Assembly: GCA_038087875.1 (NCBI GenBank)
Contig: CM075979.1
Location: 58,900,001-58,964,000, forward strand
Direction of reading: 5' to 3'
DNA: 64,000 bases
Origin: Malacoraja senta
Taxonomy: Eukaryota
Positions 24,510 through 37,455 of this stretch are shown in pieces (the stretch's first letter is position 1; each line of letters opens with the position of its first letter). Made by a program: the position numbers and the translations under genes. Under the pieces are notes generated by a model. It was given only the letters and a program-made list of their open reading frames with translations. It did no database searches and had not been told where the DNA came from.

Positions 24510-25340
24510 TGACCACTAGGGGCGCCGCATTGAAGGCAGCCTCTGCCTACAGTCTGTTTGTTTTTCAATCTTTTTTTTATTATTAGTTAGTTTTTCTTTA
24601 GTCTCTTTAGCTTTTCTATGGGGGGGGGGTAGGGTAAGGGGGAAAACCGTTTCCCAGTCACTTCCTGGTGAGGACCCGACTATTCCCCGAGTCGCGTACT
24701 CGCTCCCCTCTCGCGGCCTACCACCTGGATTGGAGCGGCCTTTCCTGCCGGGGACCCGGACCAGAGCTCCAGCAGCAGCGCCGCAGTGCTGGATTCACCG
24801 CGGAGCGGGCGATGCCTTACCTGGGATCGGCGTTGAAGCTATGGACTGTTGGGCCTGCTGCTTCAACATCGGAGCTGGGGTTTGGAGAGCTCCCAGTGCG
24901 GCCGGCACTGACTTCAACATTGCGGAGTCCTGGCTGAGGGCCACCAGCGTGAATCTCCGACCAGCACGGCCTGTGGACTTCGGGAGCCGCAGACTCCAGT
25001 AGGAGGTGGCCGATTCGGATGTCCAAGCTGCTGAGGAGGTCCTCCAGTCTGGACATCAGACTTCCATCACCACGGCGAGCGGGCCTGAACATCAGGCTGC
25101 CCGTAGTGGTGACAGCGGGGGTTTGGGAGCCCCCCGACCACGGGAGGACAACAGAGGAGGATGACTGAATTTTGGAGCCTTCCCTCACAATGGGAAACTC
25201 TGATCCCGCTGTGTGGGGATGTCTGTGTTAAATGACTATCGTGTTCTGTGCTCTTTATTATTGGTATGGCTGTATGGCGACCACACATTTCACTGTACCA
25301 ATTGGTACATGTGACAAATAAATGTATCTTGTATCTTGTA
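24510..25340 (+). mobile_element. GC-rich non-coding retroposon with Rex/Babar-type tail
   Basis: Ends CATTTCAC-TGTACC aatt GGTACA-TGTGACAAATAAA + (TGTATCT)n; no credible ORF. Confidence 0.6.
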
Positions 25341-25469
25341 GAAACAAGATAATAAACATCAAGAAATCTAAATTCCACGTTTTTACCCTTGTAATTCGAA
25401 AGGAAAAGGAAATAACAGCATTTATATAGCACCTTCATGATCTCAGGACATTCCATCACTGAACAACAC

Positions 25470-25735
25470 TGAGATCGAAGGGGGGACCCAGCGGGATGCT
25501 GCAAAGAATGAAGGGGGGACCTGGCAAGGGGGCTACGTGTGGTGGCAGGCCTGTTTCGCCGCAGTGAACAGAGGATAAAACTGTTCGATTAACTTTTTGT
25601 CATTTTGTCGGCGCCAGAAACATGGCGACTCTTGTGTACTGCCTGGGTGATGTATGCTAAATTATTTTAGTGAAACAAAGCATTTCACTGTACCAAGGTG
25701 CATGTGACAATAAGGTATCATTGAATCATTGAATT
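25470..25735 (+). mobile_element. Second non-coding retroposon with the same tail
   Basis: Ends CATTTCAC-TGTACC aa GGTGCA-TGTGACAATAA + (ATCATTGA)n. Confidence 0.55.
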
Positions 25736-25865
25736 GTTCTTCTGGCTGTAATGGTGAGAATGCCACAGTCACACTAGGGCTGTGACAGTATAGGATGATG
25801 TTACTCCAAATAGAAGCTCTGCAAATATTAAAGGAGAATACGTTAGTGACTATATAATCACCCCG

Positions 25866-26465
25866 GAGTCATAGAGTCATACAGTGGGGAAACAGGTCCT
25901 TCGACCTAACTTGCCCACGCCGACCAACATGCCCCATCTACACCAGTCCTACATGCCCTCGCTTGACCCATAACCCTCTAAACCTATCCTATCTATGTTT
26001 CTATTCAAATGTCTCTTAAATGTTATGATAGTACCTGCCTCAACTACCCCCTATGGCAGCTCGTTCCATACACCCTTAGTGTAAAAGAGTTACTCCTCAA
26101 GTTCCCATTAAATCTTTCCCCCCTCATCTTAAACCGCTGTCTTGTGGTTCTTGATTCCCCTACTCTGGGCATAAAGACTCTGTGCATTTGCCTGATCTAT
26201 TCCTCTCATGATTTTGTACACCTCTATAAGATCACCCCTCATCATCCTGCGCTCCAAGGAATAAAATCCTAGCCTGCTCAACCTCTCTTTAGCTCAGGCC
26301 CTGGAGTCCTGGCAACATCCTCATAAGCCTTCTCTGCACTCTTTCTAGCTTGACAAAGTATTTCTTATAACATGATGACCAAAATTGAACACAATGTGGG
26401 AGTCAATATACTGACTGATGAAGGCCAATGTGCCGAAAGCCTTTTTGACCACCCTATCTAACTGT
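25866..26465 (-). mobile_element. CR1 3' fragment
   Basis: (GAGTCATA)n tail; homologous to 28395-29050. Confidence 0.85.
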
Positions 26466-27112
26466 GATGTCACTTGGTCCGAGAACACAGATGCAATTAT
26501 AAAGAAAGCACATCAGCGCCTCTACTTCCTGAGAAGATTACGGAGAGTCGGTATGTCAAGGAGGGCTCTCTCGAACTTCTACAGGTGCACAGTAGAGAGC
26601 ATGTTGCATCGTGGCTTGGTTCGGCAACTTGAGCGCCCAGGAGTGGAAAAGACTGCAAAAAGTTGTAAGCACTGCCCAGTCCATCATCGGCTCTGACCTC
26701 CCTACCATCGAGGGGATCTATCGCAGTCGTTGCCTCAAAAAGGCTGCCAGCGTCATCAAGGACCCACACCATCCTGGCCACTCTCTCATCTCCCCGCTGC
26801 CATCAGGTACAAGGTACAGGAGCCTGAAATCTGCAACATCCAGGTTCAGGAATAGCTACTTCCCCACAGTCATCAGGCTATTAAACTCAACTAAAACAAA
26901 ACTCTGATCATTAATAGCCCATTGCACTTTATCTGTTTATTTATGTGTGTATATATATATATTCATTGGTATATGGTCACACTGATCAATTCTGGTCTGT
27001 ATTTATTTATGCCTACTATATTCTGTTGTGCGGAAGCAAAGCAAGAATTTCATTGTCCTATCTGGGACACATCACAATAAACTCTCTTGAATATCTTGAA
27101 TCTTGAATCTTT
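26466..27112 (+). mobile_element. Rex1/Babar LINE 3' fragment
   Basis: KKAHQRLYFLRRLRRVGMSRRALSNFYRCTVES; SRFRNSYFPTVIRLLN; tail ATTTCATTGTCCTATCTGGGACAC..CAATAAA + (CTTGAAT)n. Confidence 0.88.
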
Positions 27113-27331
27113 TGTGATCCCAATAACTGTTAAATATCCTCTAAATTTGGAGACACCAATCAGAAATGTGAACCTTCTCTTCCAGTGTAGCTTGTGCAAT
27201 TTCTCTCGAATTTTAATGCTAGATGTTGATTGTTGAAGGAATGAGCCAATGTTCATATTCAAACTAAGATTAAAAGTGTTCAAAATAACTCAGGACATTA
27301 ATTTTGCAGAGTGAACCAGAGAAAGTGATGC

Positions 27332-27465
27332 AGATGAAGGGTCTCAACCTGAAACGTCACCTATTCCTTTTCTCCACAAATGCTGCCTGACCCGCTGAGT
27401 TAATCCAGAATTTTGCGTCCATATTCGTTGTAAACCAGCATCCATCTGAAGTCCCTCTTTACACA
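27332..27465 (+). mobile_element. Penelope pLTR fragment with degenerate hammerhead motif
   Basis: GATGAAGGGTCTCAACCTGAAACGTCACC...GCTGCCTGACCCGCTGAGTT. Confidence 0.75.
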
Positions 27466-28392
27466 TACTCAATATTTAACTATAGTCTTTGAGAGTTTTT
27501 ACATCTAGAGATCTTGTAAGCACATCCTAAATAACTTGCAAAAGGATTTGAACAAATACTGAAAGGGGAAGAGTATGTGGAGCTCAGGGACAAGGGCAAG
27601 GGAAAGGGATTGACTTAACAATCTTCTCAGATTTAGAGACACCAATCAGGTGCAGAGGACCAAGTAATATTTATGTCCTGTAACCTTTTGTAATATCACA
27701 CTAAAAATCAACATTGAAATATCAATCACAAACTAAGCAGAATTTTGACAGAAGGTATAGGAGAATTGAATAAAAGTGATGGCTTAATGAATGTTTGTAC
27801 CTTTACATTCACAAAAGACCAAATAATTAATTGCCTTGTTGCTCAACACAAATCAGTGCAAGGCGAAGGAGCCCTGCTGCATGTTTAAAATCTCAGCGAG
27901 TTACAAGATCATGAATAAATTCTCGTGTGACATGTTATTGATATGGCTGGTACCATCTGATGTTACATTAATTAAGTTTGCAACACACACCAGCAGAAGC
28001 CACAAGGCAACCTCTTATAATCACACAGCAAAGTTCACGTGAAATTTGTATTATTTACATGTTACCTTGTACATTTTGCAATAACTTCAGCTTATTTATT
28101 TTACAAAGTACAGGAAAAAGGTGTCAACATGCATTTTCAATCAGCTTTATTTTTCTATGGCTATCAATTTGAACAAATAAACATTTCTTATCTTAATATC
28201 TCGAAATGAAAGATGCCACAGTTGTTATTTCCTAAAAATCATATATTCTAGAGAAATTTCCCAGGTTTTAAATTCATTCATAAGATATGGGTAGCATTGA
28301 CAAGGCTAGAATTTATTGCAATACCTTGTCTTTGAGCTGAATATTATCTGAGGTAATGTATTTATTTATGTATGATTGTTTGTCAATAGTTA

Positions 28393-31185
28393 GTCATAGA
28401 GTCATAGAGTGATGCAGTGTGGAAACAGGCCCTTCGGCCCAACTTCCCCACACCTGCCAACTTGTCCCAGCTACACTAGTCCCACCTGCCTGTGCTTGGT
28501 CGATATCCTTCCAAACCTGTCCTATTCATGTACCTGTCTAACTGTTTCTTAAATGTTGCGATAGTCCCAGCCTCAACTACCTCATCTGGCAGCTTGTTCC
28601 ATACCCACCACCCTTTGTGTGAAAAAGTTACCCCTCAGATTCCTATTAAATCTTTTCCCCTTCACCTTGAACCTATGTCCTCTGGTCCTCAATTCCCCTA
28701 CTCTGGGCAACAGACTCTGTGCATCTACCCGATCTATTCCTCTCATGATTTTGTACACCTCTATAAGATCACCCCTCATCCTCCTGCGCTCCAAGAAGTA
28801 GAGACTCAGCCTACTCAACCTCTCCCTATAGCTCACATTCCCTCTAGTCCTGGCAACATCCTTGTAAATTTTCTGAACCATTTCAAGGTAGACAATATCT
28901 GTCCAGAACTGAACACAATATTCTAAATGCGGTCTCACCAACGACTTATACAACCGTGACATGACCTCCCAACTTCTATGTTCAATACTCTGACTGATGA
29001 AGGCCAAAGTGCCAAAAGCTTTTTGACCACCTTATCTACCTGTGACTCGACCTTTAAGGAACCATGCACCTGCACTCCTGGATCCCTCTGCTCTACAACA
29101 CTCCCCAGAGGCCTACTGTTCAATGTGTAGGTCCTGCCCTTGTTAGACATCCCAAAATACAACACCTCACACTTCTCTATATTAAATTCCATCAACCATT
29201 CCTCAGCCCACCTGGCCAATCGATCCAGAACCTGCTGCAATCTTTCACAACCATCGTCACTATCTGCAAAACCATCCACTTGCTAATCTTGCCCTGTATG
29301 TTCTCATCCAAAACATTGATGTAGATGACAAACAGAAACGGGCCCAGCACCAAACCCTGAGACACACCACTAGTCAAAGGCCTCCAGTCCGAGAAGCTAC
29401 CTTCCACCATCACCCTTTGCTTCCTTCCATGGAGCCAATTTGCTATCCATTCAGCTATCTCTCCTTGGATCCCATGCGATCTTGTAAATCCTGGCTAAAA
29501 CAGAGCAGTAATAGCACCAAAATTTAGTAAAGGACTCATGTATTGTTAGGCCATTTTGGTCAACTCTGATGTGCTCTGCAGAAATAAGGTAAGCTTCTGA
29601 ATGGTGCCAGTAAGTCTAGGTCCCAGATCAATGTTGCAGATGAGAAATGTATGAGTATCTCTTCAATTGACAGAATGAATGGGGTTTCTGCAGAGGACCT
29701 CCAAGGAAGTGTAAAATGCATTGATGTGATTGGATTACTGCAAACAGCATTGTACATATTGTAAATAATGTTGCTAGACAGTTACCCTGCTGTTTGTTGA
29801 TTGGCCAAAGTGTTGAACCCCTGGCAGGTTTGTTTGGATTCCAGGGTAAATGTTGCATTATTCAAGTTAAGTTAGCTTCTTCCAGAAGCTTCTCCTGAAA
29901 CAATGTATGGGGGGTTCTGTTATTGGTCTGGGTAACTGTCAATAATGTGTTGTTGTAATTAATATGTTTGATTGGATTGTAAAGAGACCACCCCTTGAAG
30001 TTCGGCCCGTCAAGGTTCGGGGACCTATAAAAGGCAGCCCCCACGAGGTCCTTTGTCAATCTTCTGGAGGAGCGCTTGGGACTGCGTGACCTTTTGGAGT
30101 GTTTCTGCTTGCATGAGGCTGAAGGGCTTGGCCAGGCAGATACAAGGATCGAACCCGCGGTGGTATAGGTATCGTATAGAGGAATTTGTTGTGCAATCCA
30201 AAAATAAAGATTGTTTGTTCCAGTGCTTGACTCAGTGCTTTATTGACTGAACAAGACTGGGGGAAAGCTTAGAAGAACTTATTTACAATCTAACCTTCCA
30301 GAGCAGCCTACCATGCAGATCCTTGTCAAATGCTTTACTGAAATCCACGTAAACAACATCTACAGCTCTGCCCTCATCGACCGTTTTGGTCACGTCTTCA
30401 AAAAAATCAATCAGTTTTGTGAGATACGACCTCCCACATACAAAACCATGCTGACTATTCCTAATCAGCTCTTGCCCATCCAAATACCTGTATAACCTAT
30501 CTCTCAGAATACTCTCTAGTAACTTTCCAACTACAGATATTAAGCTCACCGGCCTATAGTTCCCAGCATTTTCCCTACAGCCCTTCTTGAAAGGGGGAAC
30601 AACATTTGCCACCCTCCAGTCTTCTGGCACCTCTCCTGTATTTAAGGACGACTCATAAATTTGAACCAGGGCTCCCGCAATTTGCTCTCTGGTTTCCCAC
30701 AATCTCCTCGGATATATCTGATCAGGCCCTGGAAATTTGTCTACCTTCATACTCGGTAGTACCTTCAGTACATCTTCGACGGTAATACTGACTGCTCTCA
30801 AGACACTTCCATTGACAACCCCAAGTTCCTCCATCCTACTGTCTTTTGCTTCAGTAAATACAGAGGAGAAATACTCATTGAGGACCTTGCCCATCTCCTG
30901 TGGCTCCACACAGAGGCGACTGCTTTGATTCCTGAGAGGTCCCACTCTCTCTCTACTTATCCTTTTCCCCCTTATGTATTTATAAAATATTTTGGGATTG
31001 TCCTTAATTCTACCCACCAGAGCTATCTCCTGACCCCTTTTTGCCCTTCTGATCTCCTTTTTCAGTTTACTCCTTAGTTCCAGAAAATAAGTTCCAACTA
31101 CCTATACCTGTCCCATGCATCCTTCCTGTTTTTGACCAATGCCTCAATTTCCCTCGTAAGCCAAGCTTCCTTCCGTTTGCCTGCT
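28393..31185 (-). mobile_element. CR1 LINE (5'-truncated ORF2), split by a solo LTR
   Basis: ORFs 30283-31017 (KFPGPDQI, NYRPVSL, YVDFSKAFDK), 29192-29413, 28935-29279, 28582-29007; (GAGTCATA)n tail. Confidence 0.92.
29483..30287 (+). mobile_element. Solo LTR (805 bp)
   Basis: TGTAAAT...ATTTACA termini; 4-bp TSD ATCT at 29479-29482 / 30288-30291; TATAAAA 30026, AATAAA 30203; removal restores CR1 LWKVRSHG. Confidence 0.9.
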
Positions 31186-31769
31186 TTTATAGTTGATAGT
31201 TGTTCTCCTCTAAGCAGGCAGGGATCATGATGCTTATGCAAGCTTATCTTGTGTCAGTATTTGATCATTGCTAGATGTCATTTTGATTCCTTTCAAAACC
31301 AGCTGTTCTTGAAGATGTGCACTCAGCAGACTTGAAGGAAAAATTAAACGGTAAATTTTAACATTCAACATCTATTTTTATTGTACGTTGCACTCAACTG
31401 TTTCCTTATTTCCATTGGAGGGCCATTAAGAGTCAACTCCTTTGCTTCTGATCTGGGTCACATAACCAATTAATGCTGACTCAATTTGATTTGTACTGCA
31501 GTTACGATTACTGATAACAGCCTTTGCCACAGAGAGACATGAATTCCTAATCCTTAACTTAGCCCTTAAGGTGACTTGTCCAGTAACATAACTGAGAAGC
31601 TATCATGTATTGTTTGGCAAATTGTACTTAGTTTTGGTTTCAAATCTTGACAAAACATGAATGCACATTAAAAAAAATGATGTGCAGAAAAGAATTGCAG
31701 ATGCTGGTTTACACCGAAGATAGAAACATAGAAACATAGAAAATAGGTGCAGGAGTAGGCCATTTAAAA

Positions 31770-34700
31770 CCTATTAAAAGGGGTAAGATACTAGCTCAGC
31801 TGAAACTGTACGATTCCGACATTACCTTCCTACAAGAAACACACTTAAAATCTCAGGATCAAGTTAGGTTGAGGGCGAAATGGATAGGTCAAACATACCA
31901 TTCTTCATTTACTTCAAAATCTAGAGGCACGTCAATCATTATAAGAAAAGGTATACCATTTAAAGCAAAGAATATCATAACAGATATAGAAGGGAGATAC
32001 CTAATAGTTAATGGAGAAATCCATGATACTCCACTTACCTTGGTAAATATATATGCCCCTAACTTTGATAACCCCCACTTTTTCAATAAAATTTTCAACA
32101 TAATTGCAGAGTCTAACTATCAAAATGTTATAATAGGAGGAGACTTTAACTGTGTTTTAGATCCGTACTTAGATAAATCAAGCCAAAAACAGAGAGGGAA
32201 TATGAAATCGAAAACCGGGGAACTTCTCAATACCTATATAAACAATACTAATATAGCAGATGTTTGGAGAATTGTTAATCCAACTGGCAGGGAATACTCG
32301 TTTTATACAATGGTACATAAGACATAATAATAATAATAATGAATTTTATTTATGGGCGCCTTATACCGAGGTCTCAAGGACACCTTACAGAGATTTATAG
32401 GAAACATATAATCAGAATTAAAAAAAATAAGTTATAAAGACCAATACACAAATCAGGGACAGAATTCCTTCCAAAAACACAAAAAAGAAAATCAGAAGCA
32501 CAATTTGAGGAGAGAGCAGCGGCAACGAAACCGCGCCAGCGTCCACTCTCCCCTCCGACCTCCATCTTGAACACAGACCAACAAATACAATTACAAACAA
32601 TTACACACAAAAATCATCCCCCCACAGTGATTTCCACTGTGGGGGAAGGCACAATGTCCAGTCCCCAGCCCCAGTTCACCCAAACAGTCAGGCCAAATGA
32701 AGCCCCCGCTATTGCCTCTACGGAGGCCCGATGATCCTGGCCGTTCTCGCCGGGTGATGTAGCCCCGGCGTCGGGAGAGTCCTCCAGCAGCTGGGCCACC
32801 TGGAACGGCCGCATTCCTCACCGGAGGCCGCAACTACGGCTGGAACGGCCGATTTCCCGCAGGCGTCATACTCACGTATAGACTACTTTCTGCTGGATAC
32901 AAAATTAATCCCCCAAACATCTAACGCAATATACCACACAAATTCGATTTCAGACCATTCTCCACTAACTTTCTTTTTAAAACTGGAAGGAATGTTTAAG
33001 AATAAATCGTTTTGGAGATTTAATTCTCAAATTCTAAAAGATCCACAAGCGAGTATATATTTAAAAGAACAAATGGAGGTCTTTTTTCAAATAAATGATA
33101 CTCCAGATATATCGCCTACTGTATTATGGGAATCTTTTAAAGCATACATTAGGGGAATTATAATTTCATATCAAGCTTTTCAAAATAAAAAGAATAAGAA
33201 TGAACAAAGACAGTTAGAAGAACTTATTAGACAAATGGATATGGATAATGCTAAAGATCCATCAATAGATAATCATAATAAAATAATAATTTTGAAATTT
33301 AAATTAAATAAATTATTATCTGCCAAACTTATAAGACTTTTTCAAATTACAAAACAAGAGCACTTTGAATTTGGGGATAAACCACATAAACTTTTGGCTC
33401 GCCAGCTAAAAAAACGAGAAAAGGAACATACTATACCAAAGATCAAATCAGATAAAGGGGAATTATTAACAACACCGAAGGATATTAATAAAAGATTTGC
33501 GCAATTTTATGGGAATTTGTATACATCTAAAACGACAATTGATTCCAATAATATCACAACGTTTTTGGATAACTGTAATCTTCCAAAGTTAGAGCTGAAG
33601 GAACAAGAGGAATTGTGTGCACAAATCTCAATTAAGGAATTAGAAGATACAATAAACTCACTAAAGAATGGAAAAACACCAGGCCCTGATGGATTTACTA
33701 ATGAATTTTATAAAAGCTTTTATGATAAAATAATACCAAGATTACAAAAAATGTACCAATATGCTTATAAAAAACGAATACTACCTGATACATTAGCGGA
33801 ATCAATGATTACACTAATACCTAAGAAAAACAAAGATTTAGAAGAATCGGGTTCATATAGAGCTATAGCATTGTTAAACACAGATCAAAAAATATTAGCG
33901 AAAACATTAGCTAGAAGATTAAGTAAATACATTAGTAAATTAATAAACCCAGATCAGACGGGGTTTATCCCTAAGAGATACTCATCTAACAATATGAGAC
34001 GTCTACTCAACATAATGCACTCACACAAATCTGAAGATCAAGAATTATCAATTATTTCGCTGGATGCTGAAAAAGCATTTGATCAAGTAGAATGGAATTA
34101 TATGGACAAAGTATTACAAAAATTCCAACTGGGGGAGAATTTTAGTCTATGGATCAAGTTACTATATAACAAATCTACAGCTAGAATACTAACTAATAAC
34201 ATATTATCCGCGAAATTCCAACTATCAAGGGGAAATAGACAAGGATGCTCATTATCACCACAGCTGTTTGCTCTCATTATTGAACCGCTAGCAGAAAAAA
34301 AAGAATACACCCTGATATCCATGGATATAATACTAAAGACTCATATAATAAAATATCTTTATACGCGGATGATATATTACTGTACATTACAAAACCTCAA
34401 ATCACTATACCAAATATATTAAATTTAATTGAAGACTTTGGATCTTTTTCTGGATATAGAATAAATTGGAATAAAAGTGAAATTATGTCAATAAAACCGA
34501 AAGATTCAACACATCTTTTAAAATTCCCTTTTAAAATAGCTACAGAAAAATTTAAATACTTGGGAATCGAAATTACCAGAACATATCAAGGTATGTTTAG
34601 GGGAAATTTTGACCCCCTACTTAATAAATTAAACACACTAATTAAATTCTGGAAAACGCTCCCGATGTCTTTAATAGGCCGAATAAACGCAATAAAAATG

Positions 34701-36030
34701 ATCTTTCTACCACAAATTTTATACCTATTTCAATCGATTCCTATATACTTACCAAAGAAGTTTAAAAAAAAACTCGACTCAGATATCACTAATTTTATAT
34801 GGGACTATAAATCACATAGAATACAAAAAACTCATCTGAATAAACCTAAAGTATTAGGGGGTTTAGCACTACCTAACTTTATGTATTATTATTGGTCAGT
34901 AAATATTAAAAAATATGATTCAACTGATGGATAACTCCGCCCAGCAAGTGGACTGGATTTTAATGGAGAAAGAGGATTGCTCCTCTGGAAACATTGGAGC
35001 GATCCTCCTTTCTCCAATGAAATTGAATAACATAAATTATAATAAGAACCCAATTATTCATAGTACAATCCGAATTTGGAAACAAATAAAACAAAATTTA
35101 AAATTAAGAAACTTATCACTTTTATTACCTATAGTTAATAACCCTTCGTTTAATCCCTCTATTATAGATAAAACTTTTACACATTGGGATAGACTAGGAA
35201 TTAAAACGCTTGGTGACTTGTATGAAACTGGAAAATTACTTTCATTTCAACAATTACAAATAAAATATAAACTCGGAAATAATCAATATTTTAAATATTT
35301 TCAAATATGCGACTATTTGAAAAAATATACAAAAGATCATTATAATAACCCAGTAGTATTGGATGAGGCAATGCAGATAAAAGCTGAATCAGCAAACTTA
35401 ATATCATATTTGTATAATATTATCTTAAATGTACAAATACCATTTACGGAGGGTATCAGAAGAGACTGGGAACAAGAGTTAGCTATTAAAATTTCAAAGG
35501 AAAGTTGGAATGAACACTTATTAAACGTGCATAAATGTTCGATTAATGTAAGACACACTTTAATACAATTTAAAATTTTACATAGACTATATTATTCGAA
35601 AACTAAAATTCATAAAATTTTCCCAAATGTATCATCTATTTGTGATAAATGTCAATCCCAAGAAGCTACTATAGCGCACTCATTCGTTTTCTGTACAAAA
35701 ATTCAAAACTTTTGGAATGAAATTTTTGAAATCTTTACAAAGTTATTTAAAATAAGACTGATACCCAAAGCAGAATGGATTATCTTCGGAATAACGGAAG
35801 ATGGCCCAGAACTAAATGTGTTTCAAAAGAAACTAATGGACTATGGGTTAATAACTGGAAAAAAGCTAATTCTAAAATTTTGGAAGAAGGCTCCAATACC
35901 AACTATAAATATGTGGACTTCAAATATGTTCGAAACATTACACCTAGAAGAGATAAGACTCCTCCTAGCAGGTAAACCAGATCACTTCCACCTGACATGG
36001 TCTGCATTTATAGAATTATTACAAACATAG
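31770..36030 (+). pseudogene. L1 ORF2 (EN-RT-CCHC), interrupted by an insertion and two frameshifts in A-runs
   Basis: ORFs 31869-32327, 32992-34422, 34485-34934, 34915-36030. Confidence 0.9.
32327..32866 (-). mobile_element. GC-rich non-coding retroposon with L2-type tail, inserted in L1
   Basis: Minus strand ends TGTAAGGTGTCCTTGAG..ATAAGGCGCCCATAAATAAAATTC + (ATT)n; TSD CATA at 32323-32326 / 32867-32870; removal restores VHKT-YSRIDY. Confidence 0.8.
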
Positions 36031-37329
36031 GGTGCAAAAGTACTTTAAAAAAAATTGAGGTCAGGTAAGGGGGGATGCTAGTTGAAGAGTTGGTATGTCC
36101 CATTTACGTAATGCTCATAAAAATATTTGTTTCTCTCTTTTTCCTCTTTCTCTTTCTCTTTCTTTTCTAGGGTCTATTTCTTAACTCTTTTTCTTTTGTT
36201 TTTTAATTTTGCTCTTATTGCTTCGTCCTTTTTTGTTGTCACATTTTCTACACTTTCACTTTTTCCTTCACTTTCTTCTTTCTTTCAATCTTTTATTTTT
36301 CTAGTGTAAAAAATAAATGGAGTACATTAATTGTAAGAAGACATAAGTGACGAGTACTAATGTATGTGGTTGTAATGTAATGTACTTCTAATAAATAAAA
36401 ATAAAAAATAAAAAGAAACATAGAAAATAGGTGCAGGAGTAGGCCATTTGGCCCTTCGAGCCTGCACCGCCATTCAATATGATCATGGCTGATCATCCAA
36501 CTCAGTATCCCGTACCTGCCTTCTCTCCATACCGCCTGATCACTTTAGCCACAAGGGCCACATCTAACTCCCTCTTAAATATAGCCAATGAACTGGCCTC
36601 AACTACCTTCTGTGGCAGAGAATTCCACAGATTCACCACTCCCTGTGTAAAAAAATATTTTCTCATCTCGGTCCTAAAAGACTTCCCCCTTATCCTTAAA
36701 CTGTGACCCCTTGTTCTGGACTTCCCCAACATCGGGAATAATCTTCCTGCATCTAGCCTGTCCAACCCCTTAAGAATTTTGTAAGTTTCTATAAGATCCC
36801 CCCTCAATCTTCTAAATTCTAGCGAGTACAAGCCGAGTCTATCCAGTCTTTCTTCATATGAAAGTCCTGCCATCACAGGAATCAGTCTGGTGAACCTGAT
36901 AGACACAAAATGCTGGAGTAACACAGAGATAAGGAAGTGTAAAGTGTGAAAATGAGACAGCAAGTCTCGCTGCTGTCTCATTCTCACACCTTACACTTCC
37001 TTACCTCTCTGTCTCCCTCTCCCCTGACTCTCAGTCTGAAGAAGGGTCTCGACCCGAAATATCACCCATTCCCTCTATCCAGAGATGCTGCCTGTCCCGC
37101 CGAGTTACTCCGACATTTTGTGTCTATCAAAGAAAATGATGGGTGGATAACTCCAAATACCCAACTTCACCATGTGTGCACTATGAATAATGAGCCACCA
37201 ACTGTATATCATGAGGTGAGTATCTTATTTCTATGATATTAAGGATATACTGTATGTTATCTTACCATTCAGATGTTGAACTTGTCTAAAAATTGTTAAG
37301 AAATCATTACCTTTGTATGAAGCATAGAT

Positions 37330-37455
37330 CAGTCCTGAAGCAGGATTTCGACCCAACACTTTGACAAATCCTTTCACCTCCACAGAGCTGCTCGACTCAC
37401 TGAGCTTCACCAGCAGATTTTGTTTTTGCTCCAGATTCCAGGGTCTTTTGTGTTT
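37330..37455 (+). mobile_element. Degenerate Penelope pLTR fragment
   Basis: CTGAAGCAGGATTTCGACCCAACAC...CACAGAGCTGCTCGACTCACTGAGCTTCACCAGCAG. Confidence 0.55.

Larger units (their letters stand above)
31766..36413 (+). mobile_element. L1-clade LINE, truncated at the ORF2 start, with A-rich tail
   Basis: EN motifs FLQETH, VNIYAPN, IIGGDFN, YSRIDYFL; RT motifs KTPGPDG, ISLDAEKAFD, RQGCSLSP, YADD; Cys-His C-terminus CDKC...H..C; AATAAA + A-rich tail; 36-bp TSD. Confidence 0.93.
31725..36897 (-). mobile_element. CR1 3' fragment (body 36414-36897) split at its tail by L1
   Basis: ORF 36502-36987 C-terminus; (GAAACATA)n tail; TSD GATAGA at 31719-31724 / 36898-36903. Confidence 0.88.
31680..37128. 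mobile_element. Inverted Penelope pLTR pair split by CR1 (own sequence 31680-31724 plus 36898-37128)
   Basis: GCAGATGCTGGTTTACACCGAAGATAGA continues after the CR1 as GATAGACACAAAATGCTGG; CTGAAGAAGGGTCTCGACCCGAAATATC at ~37036. Confidence 0.8.

Noticed and set aside
24513-24526. CTCF-like site CCACTAGGGGCGCC (also CCAGCAGGGGCAGC near 21220)
   Set aside because: One G short of the core consensus spacing; not supportable.
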